Below are positions 37,695-46,544 of a stretch of 64,000 bases of DNA, one piece after another. Position 1 is the stretch's first letter. Each line of letters starts with the position of its first letter. This DNA is from an uncultured Bacteroidales bacterium. Its GTDB lineage: Bacteria > Bacteroidota > Bacteroidia > Bacteroidales > VadinHA17. A program made the translations under genes and the position numbers. The stretch is taken from the NCBI GenBank assembly GCA_963825935.1, contig CAWGUN010000013.1, positions 948,340 through 1,012,339 of the forward strand, given 5' to 3'. Under the pieces are notes generated by a model. That model saw only the letters and a program-made list of their open reading frames with translations. It was not told where the DNA came from and ran no database searches.

Positions 37695-40397
37695 ATGAAG
37701 TCACACAAAAACTATACAAAAATAGTATTTAAGTTGTATTTTTTTAGACAAAAGCGGTTACTTGTTGTGCTCCTTGTGATGGTCCGTTCTTTTTTATTGT
37801 TTTCGCAGGAAGACAAAATTATTCCCGACACTCTCCTTGTAAAAAATGATTCTCTCTTTGCCGATACAATCGGAAATTTAAAAAAGATATCTCCCAATGC
37901 AGTTGATTTACAAGTAACCTACAGCGCCATTGGCGGTTACATTAAAAATGATATTGCTGCTCAAAAAGCAATTCTTGTCAAAAATGGTAAAGTAAATTAT
38001 GGTGATATTGAGATTAAAGCCGACTCTATCGTCTTTGACATGAGAACAAATATAGTTTTTGCAGTGGGATTAAAAGATTCTACCGGAACAATTAAAGGCA
38101 AACCGGCTTTCAAATCGGGTTCCCAGGAATTTGAATCTGATACATTGAAATACAACTTCAAAACCAAAGTTGCATATATTAAAAATATAGTGACAAAGCA
38201 GGACGAAGGGCTGCTGCGAAGTTCGGCCACAAAACTTATGGAAGACGGGACTTCAAATATTTTCAGCAGCACTTATTCGACCTGTGATCTTGATACTCCA
38301 CATTTTTACATTTACCTTCGCAAAGCAAAGGTATACCCGGGTAAGAAGATAATTTCGGGTCCGGGAAACCTGGTGGTTTTAGGTATACCCTTACCGTTAT
38401 ATCTTCCTTTTGGTTTTTTCCCGATACAGACAAAGAAAGCAGTCTCCGGACTTCTGATACCAAAGCCGCATTATGAATCGGGACGTGGTTACGCATTGAG
38501 CGATGGTGGTTATTATTTCGCTATCAACAATTACTTTGATCTTACTCTCAAGGGAAATATTTTCACTAACGGATCGTGGCTTGCAACAGCTCAGACAAGT
38601 TACAATAAGCTTTATAAATACAGCGGAAGTTTCTTATTCAGCTATGCTAATAATATTTCGGGTCATAAAGGATTATCTGATTACTCCAAATCAAATAATT
38701 ACAGTATTGGATGGAGCTATTCCCAGAGTGCGAAGGCCCGGCCCGGTTCAAGATTTTCAGCCAGTGTAAACATGAGTTCAAGCGGTTACGACAGGAACAA
38801 CAGCTATAACCTGACTGATCATGTAACAACACAGCGGCAATCAAGTATAAGCTATTCAAAGACATGGGAAGGTACCCCCTTTAATCTGTCGGCAAGCATG
38901 AACCATAGCCAGAACGTCAAGAATAAAACAATTGCCCTTAACCTCCCACGTGTCAGCTTTGGTGCGTCACGCATATACCCGTTTAAAGGAAAGAACGCAT
39001 CCGGCCCGACCAAGTGGTGGCAGGAGCTTCAGTTTCAGTATACTGCATCACTCGATAATCAGATAAGTACTTATGACAGTCTGCTGTTCACAAATAAAGT
39101 CTGGAAAAATATGAAGACCGGATTTACGCATGAGGCACCACTTAGCTTTCAGATCAGGCCCTTCAGAAATTTCTCAATATCACCGGCGGTTAGTTATAAG
39201 GGCGTTTTATATACTCAGAAGATTATAAAAAGATGGGATCCTTTTTATTTTGACCAGGAATTGAACAAAATCGTTCCCTCAGTGGTAAATGATACTCTCA
39301 GAGGGTTTTTTTACGGGCAGGCAATCAATCCTTCAATAAGTGCAGGTTATAGTCCACAGATATTCGGTTCTTATACATTCACAAATCCAAATGCCAGAGT
39401 ACAGGCTATCAGGCATGTGATGAAACCTTCAATAAGCTTCAGCTATGTGCCTTTTTTAAAAGGACTCAGCTCCAAAATGTACAGGCAGGTGCAGGTCGAT
39501 TCAACAGGCAGGCTGGGCAGCAAATATTCAATATATGATGGTAATATTTTTGGCACTCCTTCACTTTCAAACAGAAGTGGCAATATATCCCTGAGTCTCA
39601 CCAATATTCTGGAAGCAAAAGTTTACCAGAGGAACGATACCACCGGAAAACCTCAAAAAACCAATATTATTGACAATTTTGGAATCTCAACTTCATATAA
39701 TGTTTTTGCTGACTCACTGAACTGGAGTCCCATTTCCATGGTAATGCGAACTACCCTGTTTAAGAAAGTGAATATATCTGCGAACAGTAGTTTCTCCCTT
39801 TACGGACTCAACAGTAAAGGACAGCAGATAGGGACCTATTACTTTTCGCAGACAAATAAACTGATGCGCCTTAACAATTTCGCAGTCAGCCTTGATTTCA
39901 GCCTTAGTGATCTTCTGAAAGGGAATAAAGAAAAGAAAGGCGGGCAGGAATCACAACCACAGGCAATACAAGCAGGCCAGGGTCCTGAAGATAAAGGAGT
40001 AACAAACCCTGTCACTGATCAGAATGCAGGTAAAGATCTCTTTGATGAATTCGGATACTCTAAATTTGATTCCCCATGGACAATGAATGTCAGCTATTCC
40101 CTTAACTATTCCAAGCCTGCCTTCAAATCAACTATTTCGCAGACTCTTTCCATGAACGGATCTGTTAAGCTGACAAAAAAAATGGATATTACCTATAATA
40201 CCGGGTATGACTTCAAAGCCAGAGCGATAACCATGACTCAGATACATATAACACGCGATCTGCACTGCTGGGACATGAGTTTTGACTGGATCCCTAACGG
40301 TTATATGAAAATGTGGACCTTCACAATCAGGGTTAAGGCTGCTGTTTTGGCCGACCTGAAATATGAAAGACGAAAAGATTATCACGATAATTATTAA
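37695..40397 (+). CDS. LptD/OstA-like outer-membrane LPS-assembly protein
   Basis: About 900 aa, with a signal-like N-terminus, an OstA-like N-terminal domain and a long beta-barrel-type C-terminus rich in alternating aromatic residues. ATG 37695 is preferred over 37629. Confidence 0.65.
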   Translation: MKSHKNYTKIVFKLYFFRQKRLLVVLLVMVRSFLLFSQEDKIIPDTLLVKNDSLFADTIGNLKKISPNAVDLQVTYSAIGGYIKNDIAAQKAILVKNGKVNYGDIEIKADSIVFDMRTNIVFAVGLKDSTGTIKGKPAFKSGSQEFESDTLKYNFKTKVAYIKNIVTKQDEGLLRSSATKLMEDGTSNIFSSTYSTCDLDTPHFYIYLRKAKVYPGKKIISGPGNLVVLGIPLPLYLPFGFFPIQTKKAVSGLLIPKPHYESGRGYALSDGGYYFAINNYFDLTLKGNIFTNGSWLATAQTSYNKLYKYSGSFLFSYANNISGHKGLSDYSKSNNYSIGWSYSQSAKARPGSRFSASVNMSSSGYDRNNSYNLTDHVTTQRQSSISYSKTWEGTPFNLSASMNHSQNVKNKTIALNLPRVSFGASRIYPFKGKNASGPTKWWQELQFQYTASLDNQISTYDSLLFTNKVWKNMKTGFTHEAPLSFQIRPFRNFSISPAVSYKGVLYTQKIIKRWDPFYFDQELNKIVPSVVNDTLRGFFYGQAINPSISAGYSPQIFGSYTFTNPNARVQAIRHVMKPSISFSYVPFLKGLSSKMYRQVQVDSTGRLGSKYSIYDGNIFGTPSLSNRSGNISLSLTNILEAKVYQRNDTTGKPQKTNIIDNFGISTSYNVFADSLNWSPISMVMRTTLFKKVNISANSSFSLYGLNSKGQQIGTYYFSQTNKLMRLNNFAVSLDFSLSDLLKGNKEKKGGQESQPQAIQAGQGPEDKGVTNPVTDQNAGKDLFDEFGYSKFDSPWTMNVSYSLNYSKPAFKSTISQTLSMNGSVKLTKKMDITYNTGYDFKARAITMTQIHITRDLHCWDMSFDWIPNGYMKMWTFTIRVKAAVLADLKYERRKDYHDNY

Positions 40398-40410
40398 AAT
40401 GAAAAGAAAC

Positions 40411-40788
40411 ATGAAACGAATCATTAAAACGTCAAATGCTCCTGCGGCTATCGGACCATACAGCCAGGCTGTTGAGATAAACGGTACACTTTATATTTCA
40501 GGACAAATAGCTATTGATCCGAAAACAGGCAAGCTTATCGACGGTGGTATTACTGCCCAGACGAAGCAGGTACTTAAGAATATTGACGCAATACTTCACG
40601 AAGCAGGGTATAGTTTTATACAGGTCGTAAAATCAACATGCCTGTTGAGTGATATATCAGATTTCAAGGCAATGAATGAGGTGTATGCTCAGTATTATTT
40701 TGAAAATCAGCCGGCAAGGGCAGCCTTTGCAGTGAAGGATCTTCCTTTGGGGGCGTTGGTCGAAATAGAAACTATAGCAGTTAAATAA
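40411..40788 (+). CDS. ridA: RidA/YjgF family reactive-intermediate deaminase
   Basis: MKRIIKTSNAPAAIGPYSQA start and AAFAVKDLPLGALVEIE C-terminus. Confidence 0.85.
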   Translation: MKRIIKTSNAPAAIGPYSQAVEINGTLYISGQIAIDPKTGKLIDGGITAQTKQVLKNIDAILHEAGYSFIQVVKSTCLLSDISDFKAMNEVYAQYYFENQPARAAFAVKDLPLGALVEIETIAVK

Positions 40789-40793
40789 AGCAG

Positions 40794-41240
40794 TTATTCA
40801 GCCACAATCTCAAATTCAACATCAACTTTTACATCTCTGTGCAGCTTTATAACAGCTTTATATTTACCGATCTCCTTGATCTGGTCTTCCGGAAGTGAAA
40901 TGCTCTTGCGATCAATTTCAAATCCCTTATCTTTCAGAGCTTCAGCGATCTGAATAGTATTGACAGATCCGAAAATCTTTCCTGAGGAGCTTGTTTTTGC
41001 ACCTATTATGATATTCAAACCAGTCATTTTAGTTGCAAGTTCCTGTGCTTCAGCTTTTATTTTCTCTTCCTTATGCGCCCGCTGTTTCAGGTTCTCAGCA
41101 TGCATTTTTCTTACCGATGGAGTGGCTGCGATAGCGTAACCCCTGGGTATCAGATAGTTCCTTCCGTATCCATCCTTTACATGTATCAGATCGTCCTTTT
41201 GTCCAAGCTTCTGAACGTCCTGTAATAGTATAATTTCCAT
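40794..41240 (-). CDS. rplI: 50S ribosomal protein L9
   Basis: MEIILLQDVQKLG start, in the order rpsF-rpsR-rplI. Confidence 0.9.
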   Translation of the reverse strand: MEIILLQDVQKLGQKDDLIHVKDGYGRNYLIPRGYAIAATPSVRKMHAENLKQRAHKEEKIKAEAQELATKMTGLNIIIGAKTSSSGKIFGSVNTIQIAEALKDKGFEIDRKSISLPEDQIKEIGKYKAVIKLHRDVKVDVEFEIVAE

Positions 41241-41252
41241 AAATGATCCTCC

Positions 41253-41522
41253 TTATTTTAATAGGTCAGTAACGTAAGGAAGAAGGGCAATATGACGCGC
41301 TCTTTTAACTGCCTTTGCCACTTTCCTCTGATATTTAAGTGATGTACCTGTTATCCTGCGGGGCAGAATCTTTCCCTGGTCATTCAGGAATTTCTTCAGG
41401 AATTCAGGATCCTTATAATCTATGTACTTTATCCTGTTCTTTTTAAAACGGCAGTATTTCTTTTTCTTGACCTCAACTGTCGGAGGAGTCAAATATCTGA
41501 TTTCTGATTCATTCTGTGCCAT
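41253..41522 (-). CDS. rpsR: 30S ribosomal protein S18
   Basis: [21 protein letters not shown]. Confidence 0.9.
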   Translation of the reverse strand: MAQNESEIRYLTPPTVEVKKKKYCRFKKNRIKYIDYKDPEFLKKFLNDQGKILPRRITGTSLKYQRKVAKAVKRARHIALLPYVTDLLK

Positions 41523-41525
41523 ATC

Positions 41526-41879
41526 TTATTCCTCCTTTGATTTTCCTGATTCTTTTTGTTTTCTTTTCTTCTCTGCATATTCGACGGCAAATTTTTCCAT
41601 CCTGAAAGTTAAAAACCTGATTATCCTTTCATCACGACGATATTGGAGTTCAAGTTTTTCGATAAGGGTTCCTTCACCTTTAAACTCAATCAGATAATAA
41701 AAGCCGGTCGACTTCTTCTGAATAGGATAGGCCAGTTTCTTCAGGCCCCAGTTCTCTTCATGAACGATCTCACCCTCATGGTCGGTGATGACCTTCTTGA
41801 ATTTTTGTACCGCTTCCTTCATCTGGTTCTCAGATAAAACGGGAGTTGCAATGAAAACGGTTTCGTACTGATTAGACAT
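41526..41879 (-). CDS. rpsF: 30S ribosomal protein S6
   Basis: YETVFI start and [10 protein letters not shown] motif. Confidence 0.9.
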   Translation of the reverse strand: MSNQYETVFIATPVLSENQMKEAVQKFKKVITDHEGEIVHEENWGLKKLAYPIQKKSTGFYYLIEFKGEGTLIEKLELQYRRDERIIRFLTFRMEKFAVEYAEKKRKQKESGKSKEE

Positions 41880-41918
41880 AATAATTTCTTGTTAATTAAT
41901 TTTAATGATTTTGGCTCG

Positions 41919-41926
41919 CAAAAGTA
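41919..41926 (-). promoter_or_regulatory. Candidate -7 promoter box (TACTTTTG) for rpsF-rpsR-rplI
   Basis: Matches TAnnTTTG on the minus strand, about 40 nt upstream of the rpsF ATG. Confidence 0.45.
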
Positions 41927-42052
41927 CAATTATTTTCATTTAAACAAAAATTAAACAGCAGAAAATTATGTCTTTAAATAATTGCATAGTGTTTGTCTTC
42001 ACCGGAGAGGGTTAATTTTTTTTCACTCGTTTTTTCCCGAAGCCATTTTAAC

Positions 42053-42060
42053 TATATTTG
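42053..42060 (+). promoter_or_regulatory. Candidate -7 promoter box (TATATTTG) for dnaX
   Basis: Matches TAnnTTTG, 40 nt upstream of the ATG at 42100. Confidence 0.45.
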
Positions 42061-42099
42061 TAATGCAATAAATTTTATTAGCAAGAGAGTCAATATTTT

Positions 42100-43851
42100 A
42101 TGGAAAATTTCATTGTTTCAGCCAGAAAGTACCGCCCTGCCACTTTTGATATGGTTGTCGGACAGGACACTATCACACATACGCTGAAAAGTGCCATTAA
42201 AGGAAAACATCTTGCCCAGGCATACCTCTTCTGCGGTCCCAGAGGCGTGGGCAAAACTACATGCGCAAGGATATTTGCCAAAACAATCAACTGCATAAAC
42301 CTGACGGAGAATGGTGAGCCATGCGATAAGTGCGAATCATGCTTGTCATTTAATACGCTGAGGTCATTCAATATACATGAACTGGATGCAGCATCCAATA
42401 ATAAGGTTGAAGATATCAGGAGTCTTAACGACCAGGTGAGAATTCCCCCGCAGATCGGGAAATTCAGTATTTATATAATTGATGAGGTTCACATGCTGTC
42501 TTCTTCAGCTTTCAATGCGTTTTTAAAAACTCTTGAAGAACCCCCCGCTCATGCAATTTTTATCCTTGCCACAACCGAAAAACATAAAATTATCCCTACA
42601 ATATTATCACGATGCCAGATTTTTGATTTTAACAGGATCAGAATTGAAGATATTGTAAACAGACTTATTTACGTGGCAAAGAACGAGTCTGTAACTTTTG
42701 AGGAGGATGCTCTTCATGTCATTGCACAGAAAGCTGATGGTGCTTTAAGAGATGCTCTCTCTATATTTGACCAGATCGTAAGTCTTTGTGGAAAAAAAAT
42801 AACTTACAAGGATGTAATTGATAATCTGAATGTTCTCGATTACGAGTATTACTTTACTTGTATCGATGCAGCACTCGTCGGTGATGTATCAAAAATGCTG
42901 ATGACATTCAATGAGATTCTGGAAAAAGGATTTGACGGGCATAATTTCATTTCAGGTTTAAACAGCCATTTACGTGATCTTCTTGTAAGTAAGGACGAAT
43001 CTACAATAATCCTCCTCGAGGCAACTCCATCCGTGAAGCAAAGGTATCTAAAACAGACAGCCAACTGTCCGGTAGATTTTCTCTACAAAGCTCTTGAACT
43101 CGGCAGTAATTGCGATATATCATATAAAAGCAGCAAAAATCCACGCCTTCATATTGAGCTTTTTATGATACAGCTTTGCCGGCTTACAGGGGAATCTGCC
43201 GGTGATTCTGAAAAAAAAAAGTCAGATGAAGGCGAGTTGAAAAAGGCAGAAAAGGATTTACCGCTACCCTCCAGATCAGAGATTATAATGCATGATGCGG
43301 AGCCGGTGAAGAAGCAGGCAGGTAAAGTAGAAATCACCTCAGGCAAACATACCCCTGTATCCGAGAAACCTTCCAAAACATTTTCTATAAAAGATGTCAT
43401 TTCAGAGAGTGAAGAACCGACGGCGAAAGTTGTCACTTCATCTGCAGGTTCAGAAAAAGAGAGTGTCTCTCCGTCAGAAGCCAGAGTTGATATGACAAGC
43501 GACTCTTTCGTTTCAGCATGGAGTGAATTTGCAGATACTCTGAAAGGCGAAGGTGCAAGAATAGTGAGTATGTTCAAATCAATAAAACCCGAATTGGAGG
43601 ACGACCAGACTATTAGAATACATCTTAGCAATGCTGCCCAGAAAGACCTTTTTATTCAAAATTATAAACAGAAACTGATAAGTTTTCTTGAGCATAAGTT
43701 CGTGATAACTGTGTTGGATATTGAGACTGCAGTCGACCAGTCGGAATCAAATGAACTGCTTTATACTGATGAACAGAAATACAACCATCTTCAAAAGAAA
43801 TATCCCGTTCTGAAAGATTTCAGAAAAACTTTTAACCTCGATATTACTTAA
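42100..43851 (+). CDS. dnaX: DNA polymerase III subunit gamma/tau
   Basis: GPRGVGKTT, IIDEVHMLS, Zn module CDKCESC and SRCQ. Confidence 0.95.
   Translation: MENFIVSARKYRPATFDMVVGQDTITHTLKSAIKGKHLAQAYLFCGPRGVGKTTCARIFAKTINCINLTENGEPCDKCESCLSFNTLRSFNIHELDAASNNKVEDIRSLNDQVRIPPQIGKFSIYIIDEVHMLSSSAFNAFLKTLEEPPAHAIFILATTEKHKIIPTILSRCQIFDFNRIRIEDIVNRLIYVAKNESVTFEEDALHVIAQKADGALRDALSIFDQIVSLCGKKITYKDVIDNLNVLDYEYYFTCIDAALVGDVSKMLMTFNEILEKGFDGHNFISGLNSHLRDLLVSKDESTIILLEATPSVKQRYLKQTANCPVDFLYKALELGSNCDISYKSSKNPRLHIELFMIQLCRLTGESAGDSEKKKSDEGELKKAEKDLPLPSRSEIIMHDAEPVKKQAGKVEITSGKHTPVSEKPSKTFSIKDVISESEEPTAKVVTSSAGSEKESVSPSEARVDMTSDSFVSAWSEFADTLKGEGARIVSMFKSIKPELEDDQTIRIHLSNAAQKDLFIQNYKQKLISFLEHKFVITVLDIETAVDQSESNELLYTDEQKYNHLQKKYPVLKDFRKTFNLDIT
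43211..43229 (+). promoter_or_regulatory. Candidate recoding site in dnaX: an A10 run containing A_AAA_AAG, with a -1-frame UGA two codons downstream
   Basis: The zero frame reads gaa aaa aaa aag tca gat gaa. The -1 frame reads gtc aga tga. Confidence 0.45.
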
Positions 43852-43855
43852 TTCA

Positions 43856-46315
43856 ATGAAGAAGCTGATATTATTAAATATCGCCCTTGTTATTATTGCT
43901 TCAGCCTCTCCGCTTAACTCTCAGAAACTGATCAAAGGTTCATTTATTGCAGGTAAGACATACGCCGGCACTAAAGTGAACAGAATTTATATACCCCCTC
44001 CAAAGGAATTCTGGCTGAAGGCAGGAGCAAAAGGCAGGGCATCAATAAGTGTATATTATACATCTTTTCCGCAATCTGCTATCACTGCTGTAGAATATGC
44101 AACTTCGGTTCTTGAGGCTATCCTGCCAGCTGATGTGAATATCACAATTTTAGCTACATGGGAGCCTATAACAACCAAGGGAGTCCTTGCCCAATCATCG
44201 TCAACAGGTTATGCTGCAGGCTGGGGTATAGATGCCTTCAAGCCACTGGCATTTTACCCTTCGGCACTTGCGGAACATATTGCAGGAAAGAAGCTGAATG
44301 GAGACCTTGAAGGTGATATAAGTTTAAACATTAACAGCACTGTGAACTGGTATTATGGAACAGATGGAAAAACTTCCCCGCTTAAATATGATCTTGTTAC
44401 TGTTGTGATCCATGAACTTTGCCATGGCCTGGGTTTTTTCGACAGCTTTAATGTGACCGGTTCAACCGGCTCCTATGGTGTTTCTTCATTTCCCGTGATC
44501 TATGATACATTTGTCGAAAACGCGGCAAGGGTAAAGCTTACAGATACAAATACATATGCAAATCCCTCTTCTGATCTGAAAGTACAGCTGACAAGCCAGA
44601 ATCTCTATTTTAACGGACCTCTTCTGAAGTTCTATACATCAGGGTTAAGGGCACGGCTCTATGCTCCACTAACTTTTGATGCCGGCTCAAGTATAGCGCA
44701 TCTGGATGATGCTACCACACCTGATTCAATAGGATTGATGAGACCCTTTATCGACTTTGGCGAAGCCATTCATAATCCGGGTAAATTTACATTGTCAATA
44801 CTTGGCGATCTTGGCTGGATTAATACAAGAATAATTCATAAAGCCCATAAAGACACTGAAGAACACCTGACACAGTTGACTATTAATGCTGAAATAAAAT
44901 CAGATACATCATATAATCATAATAAAGTGGGACTGGTATGGTCTTTTGACAATTTTGTTTCAAAAGATACAACCTATATGATTTCTCCCGCGTTAAATAA
45001 TAATTATACCTCAAATATTCTGATTCCCTCATATGATGTCAGGCTTGAATACTATCTTTTCGCCGAGGACAGATTTTTACGGACTTTCAGAATGCCATCA
45101 TTAATCGATAAATTCCATTTTTCGGTTTATATCGGGACTGATACAGTAAAGCCTGTTATTTCTCACACTCCGGCAGATTATTATTTCAATGTTATCGATT
45201 CAATCATATTTGATGCCACGGTAACAGATAATATCGGAATCGACACTGTTTATGTTGAATATAAGGTAAATGAAGGTTCCTCCAGTTTTATAGGTCTTAA
45301 AGCAAAAGGGAAAGACAGATTCAGTAATATTTTTCCTGCCCGGTCACTATCTTTAAAGGGTGGAGATTCATTGCTCTATAGAATAATAGCCTTCGACAGC
45401 GCTGCTATAGCCAACAAGGCGATTTCCCCGAAGTCCGGATATTATTCTGTTAAAATTGAACCTGTTAACCCTGTTGCTGAGGGTTATTCTACCGATTTTT
45501 CAAATGCTTCAGGCGATTTTTTAAACAATGGTTTCAGGATAATTAAACCGGCAGGTTTTTCCAGATTTGGGCTTAATACACCTCACCCATATGTTAGTCC
45601 TGAAGGAAATGGCGACAGTATCGGGTACACTGCAATTCTCAAAACTCCGGTCAAGTTTGATGCAAATGGCATGATTATCAGTTATATGGAAGTAGTCCTT
45701 GTAGAACCCGGAGAGACGGGATCTGTATTTGGTTCGCCTGGTTTCTATGATTATGTTATTGTTGAAGGTTCAAAGAACTTCGGGAAAACCTGGTTCCCTC
45801 TTGCTGCCGGATACGACAGCAGGTATTTAACTGCATGGGAAACAGCATACAACAGCTCCATCGTTGGACAAAACTCCACTTTTATCGGAGATGAGTCATT
45901 GCTTGCAAAGCATACTCTGTTTCCAAAGGTATCTTCTGATATTTCAGCAGGCGACACTCTCATGGTGCGGTTCCGGTTATTTTCCGATCCGTTTGCTAAT
46001 GGCTGGGGATGGGTAATTGAGGATCTTCATGTTGGACCCCTCGTAAACAAGATCGACGACATTAATTATCAGCCTTTTGTGGTTTATCCAAATCCAGGGA
46101 ATGGGGTAGTCAAGATAAAACAACCTGATGGCAATGGCATTAAACCTTTAAAATATAACGTCTTCAATTCAACCGGGACCTTGATTTCTTCAGGTCTGAC
46201 GGATGGAGGTAATGAGACTGAGATAAATATTTCAGGACATTCACCAGGTCTCTACTTCATTGTTTTATACCTCGATGATGGAATCAGGACAATAAAATAT
46301 ACCCTGATAAGGTAA
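43856..46315 (+). CDS. Secreted HExxH metalloprotease-like protein with T9SS C-terminal sorting domain
   Basis: Signal peptide, VVIHELCHGLGF motif and a C-terminal PFVVYPNPGNGVVKIK...GLYFIVLYLDDGIRTIKYTLIR. Confidence 0.7.
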   Translation: MKKLILLNIALVIIASASPLNSQKLIKGSFIAGKTYAGTKVNRIYIPPPKEFWLKAGAKGRASISVYYTSFPQSAITAVEYATSVLEAILPADVNITILATWEPITTKGVLAQSSSTGYAAGWGIDAFKPLAFYPSALAEHIAGKKLNGDLEGDISLNINSTVNWYYGTDGKTSPLKYDLVTVVIHELCHGLGFFDSFNVTGSTGSYGVSSFPVIYDTFVENAARVKLTDTNTYANPSSDLKVQLTSQNLYFNGPLLKFYTSGLRARLYAPLTFDAGSSIAHLDDATTPDSIGLMRPFIDFGEAIHNPGKFTLSILGDLGWINTRIIHKAHKDTEEHLTQLTINAEIKSDTSYNHNKVGLVWSFDNFVSKDTTYMISPALNNNYTSNILIPSYDVRLEYYLFAEDRFLRTFRMPSLIDKFHFSVYIGTDTVKPVISHTPADYYFNVIDSIIFDATVTDNIGIDTVYVEYKVNEGSSSFIGLKAKGKDRFSNIFPARSLSLKGGDSLLYRIIAFDSAAIANKAISPKSGYYSVKIEPVNPVAEGYSTDFSNASGDFLNNGFRIIKPAGFSRFGLNTPHPYVSPEGNGDSIGYTAILKTPVKFDANGMIISYMEVVLVEPGETGSVFGSPGFYDYVIVEGSKNFGKTWFPLAAGYDSRYLTAWETAYNSSIVGQNSTFIGDESLLAKHTLFPKVSSDISAGDTLMVRFRLFSDPFANGWGWVIEDLHVGPLVNKIDDINYQPFVVYPNPGNGVVKIKQPDGNGIKPLKYNVFNSTGTLISSGLTDGGNETEINISGHSPGLYFIVLYLDDGIRTIKYTLIR

Positions 46316-46359
46316 GGAGAGTAATATATATTAAGAGGCTGTCTCAAAAGACTGATTTT

Positions 46360-46452
46360 ACCCCCAAACCCCCCAAGGGGGGCTTTTTAAGTCATTGGTT
46401 TTCAATAAGTCCCCCCTGGGGGATTTAGGGGTTAAACGCTCTGAAGGAGCGT
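46360..46452. repeat. GC-rich nested palindromic (REP-like) element
   Basis: acccccaaacccccc (46360-46374) pairs with gggggatttaggggt (46418-46432). Internal C6-aa-G6 and C6-t-G5 palindromes are present, plus the hairpin acgctc-tgaag-gagcgt (46436-46452). Confidence 0.75.
46369..46388 (+). terminator. Probable terminator after the T9SS protein gene
   Basis: cccccc aa gggggg followed by cttttt. Confidence 0.5.
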
Positions 46453-46503
46453 AATATAATTCCGAAAACTATCAGACCGGAATCCATAATCAGAAAATTC
46501 CAC

Positions 46504-46511
46504 TAATTTTG
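46504..46511 (+). promoter_or_regulatory. Candidate -7 promoter box (TAATTTTG) for secA
   Basis: Matches TAnnTTTG, 34 nt upstream of the ATG at 46545. Confidence 0.45.
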
Positions 46512-46544
46512 CGTGATATTTTAAAAACTGTAAAATTCTTTACA

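Noticed and set aside
41880-42099. Looked for an rpsF leader RNA, SRP RNA or other ncRNA in the rpsF-dnaX divergent spacer
   Set aside because: The distance from the candidate -7 box to the rpsF ATG is only about 40 nt, with no stem-forming sequence. Nothing in the spacer resembles an SRP RNA or tRNA.
43149-43631. 160-aa minus-strand ORF antisense to the dnaX linker region
   Set aside because: The Ser/Glu/Lys-rich, stop-poor dnaX linker naturally leaves the opposite strand open. No independent signals support it.
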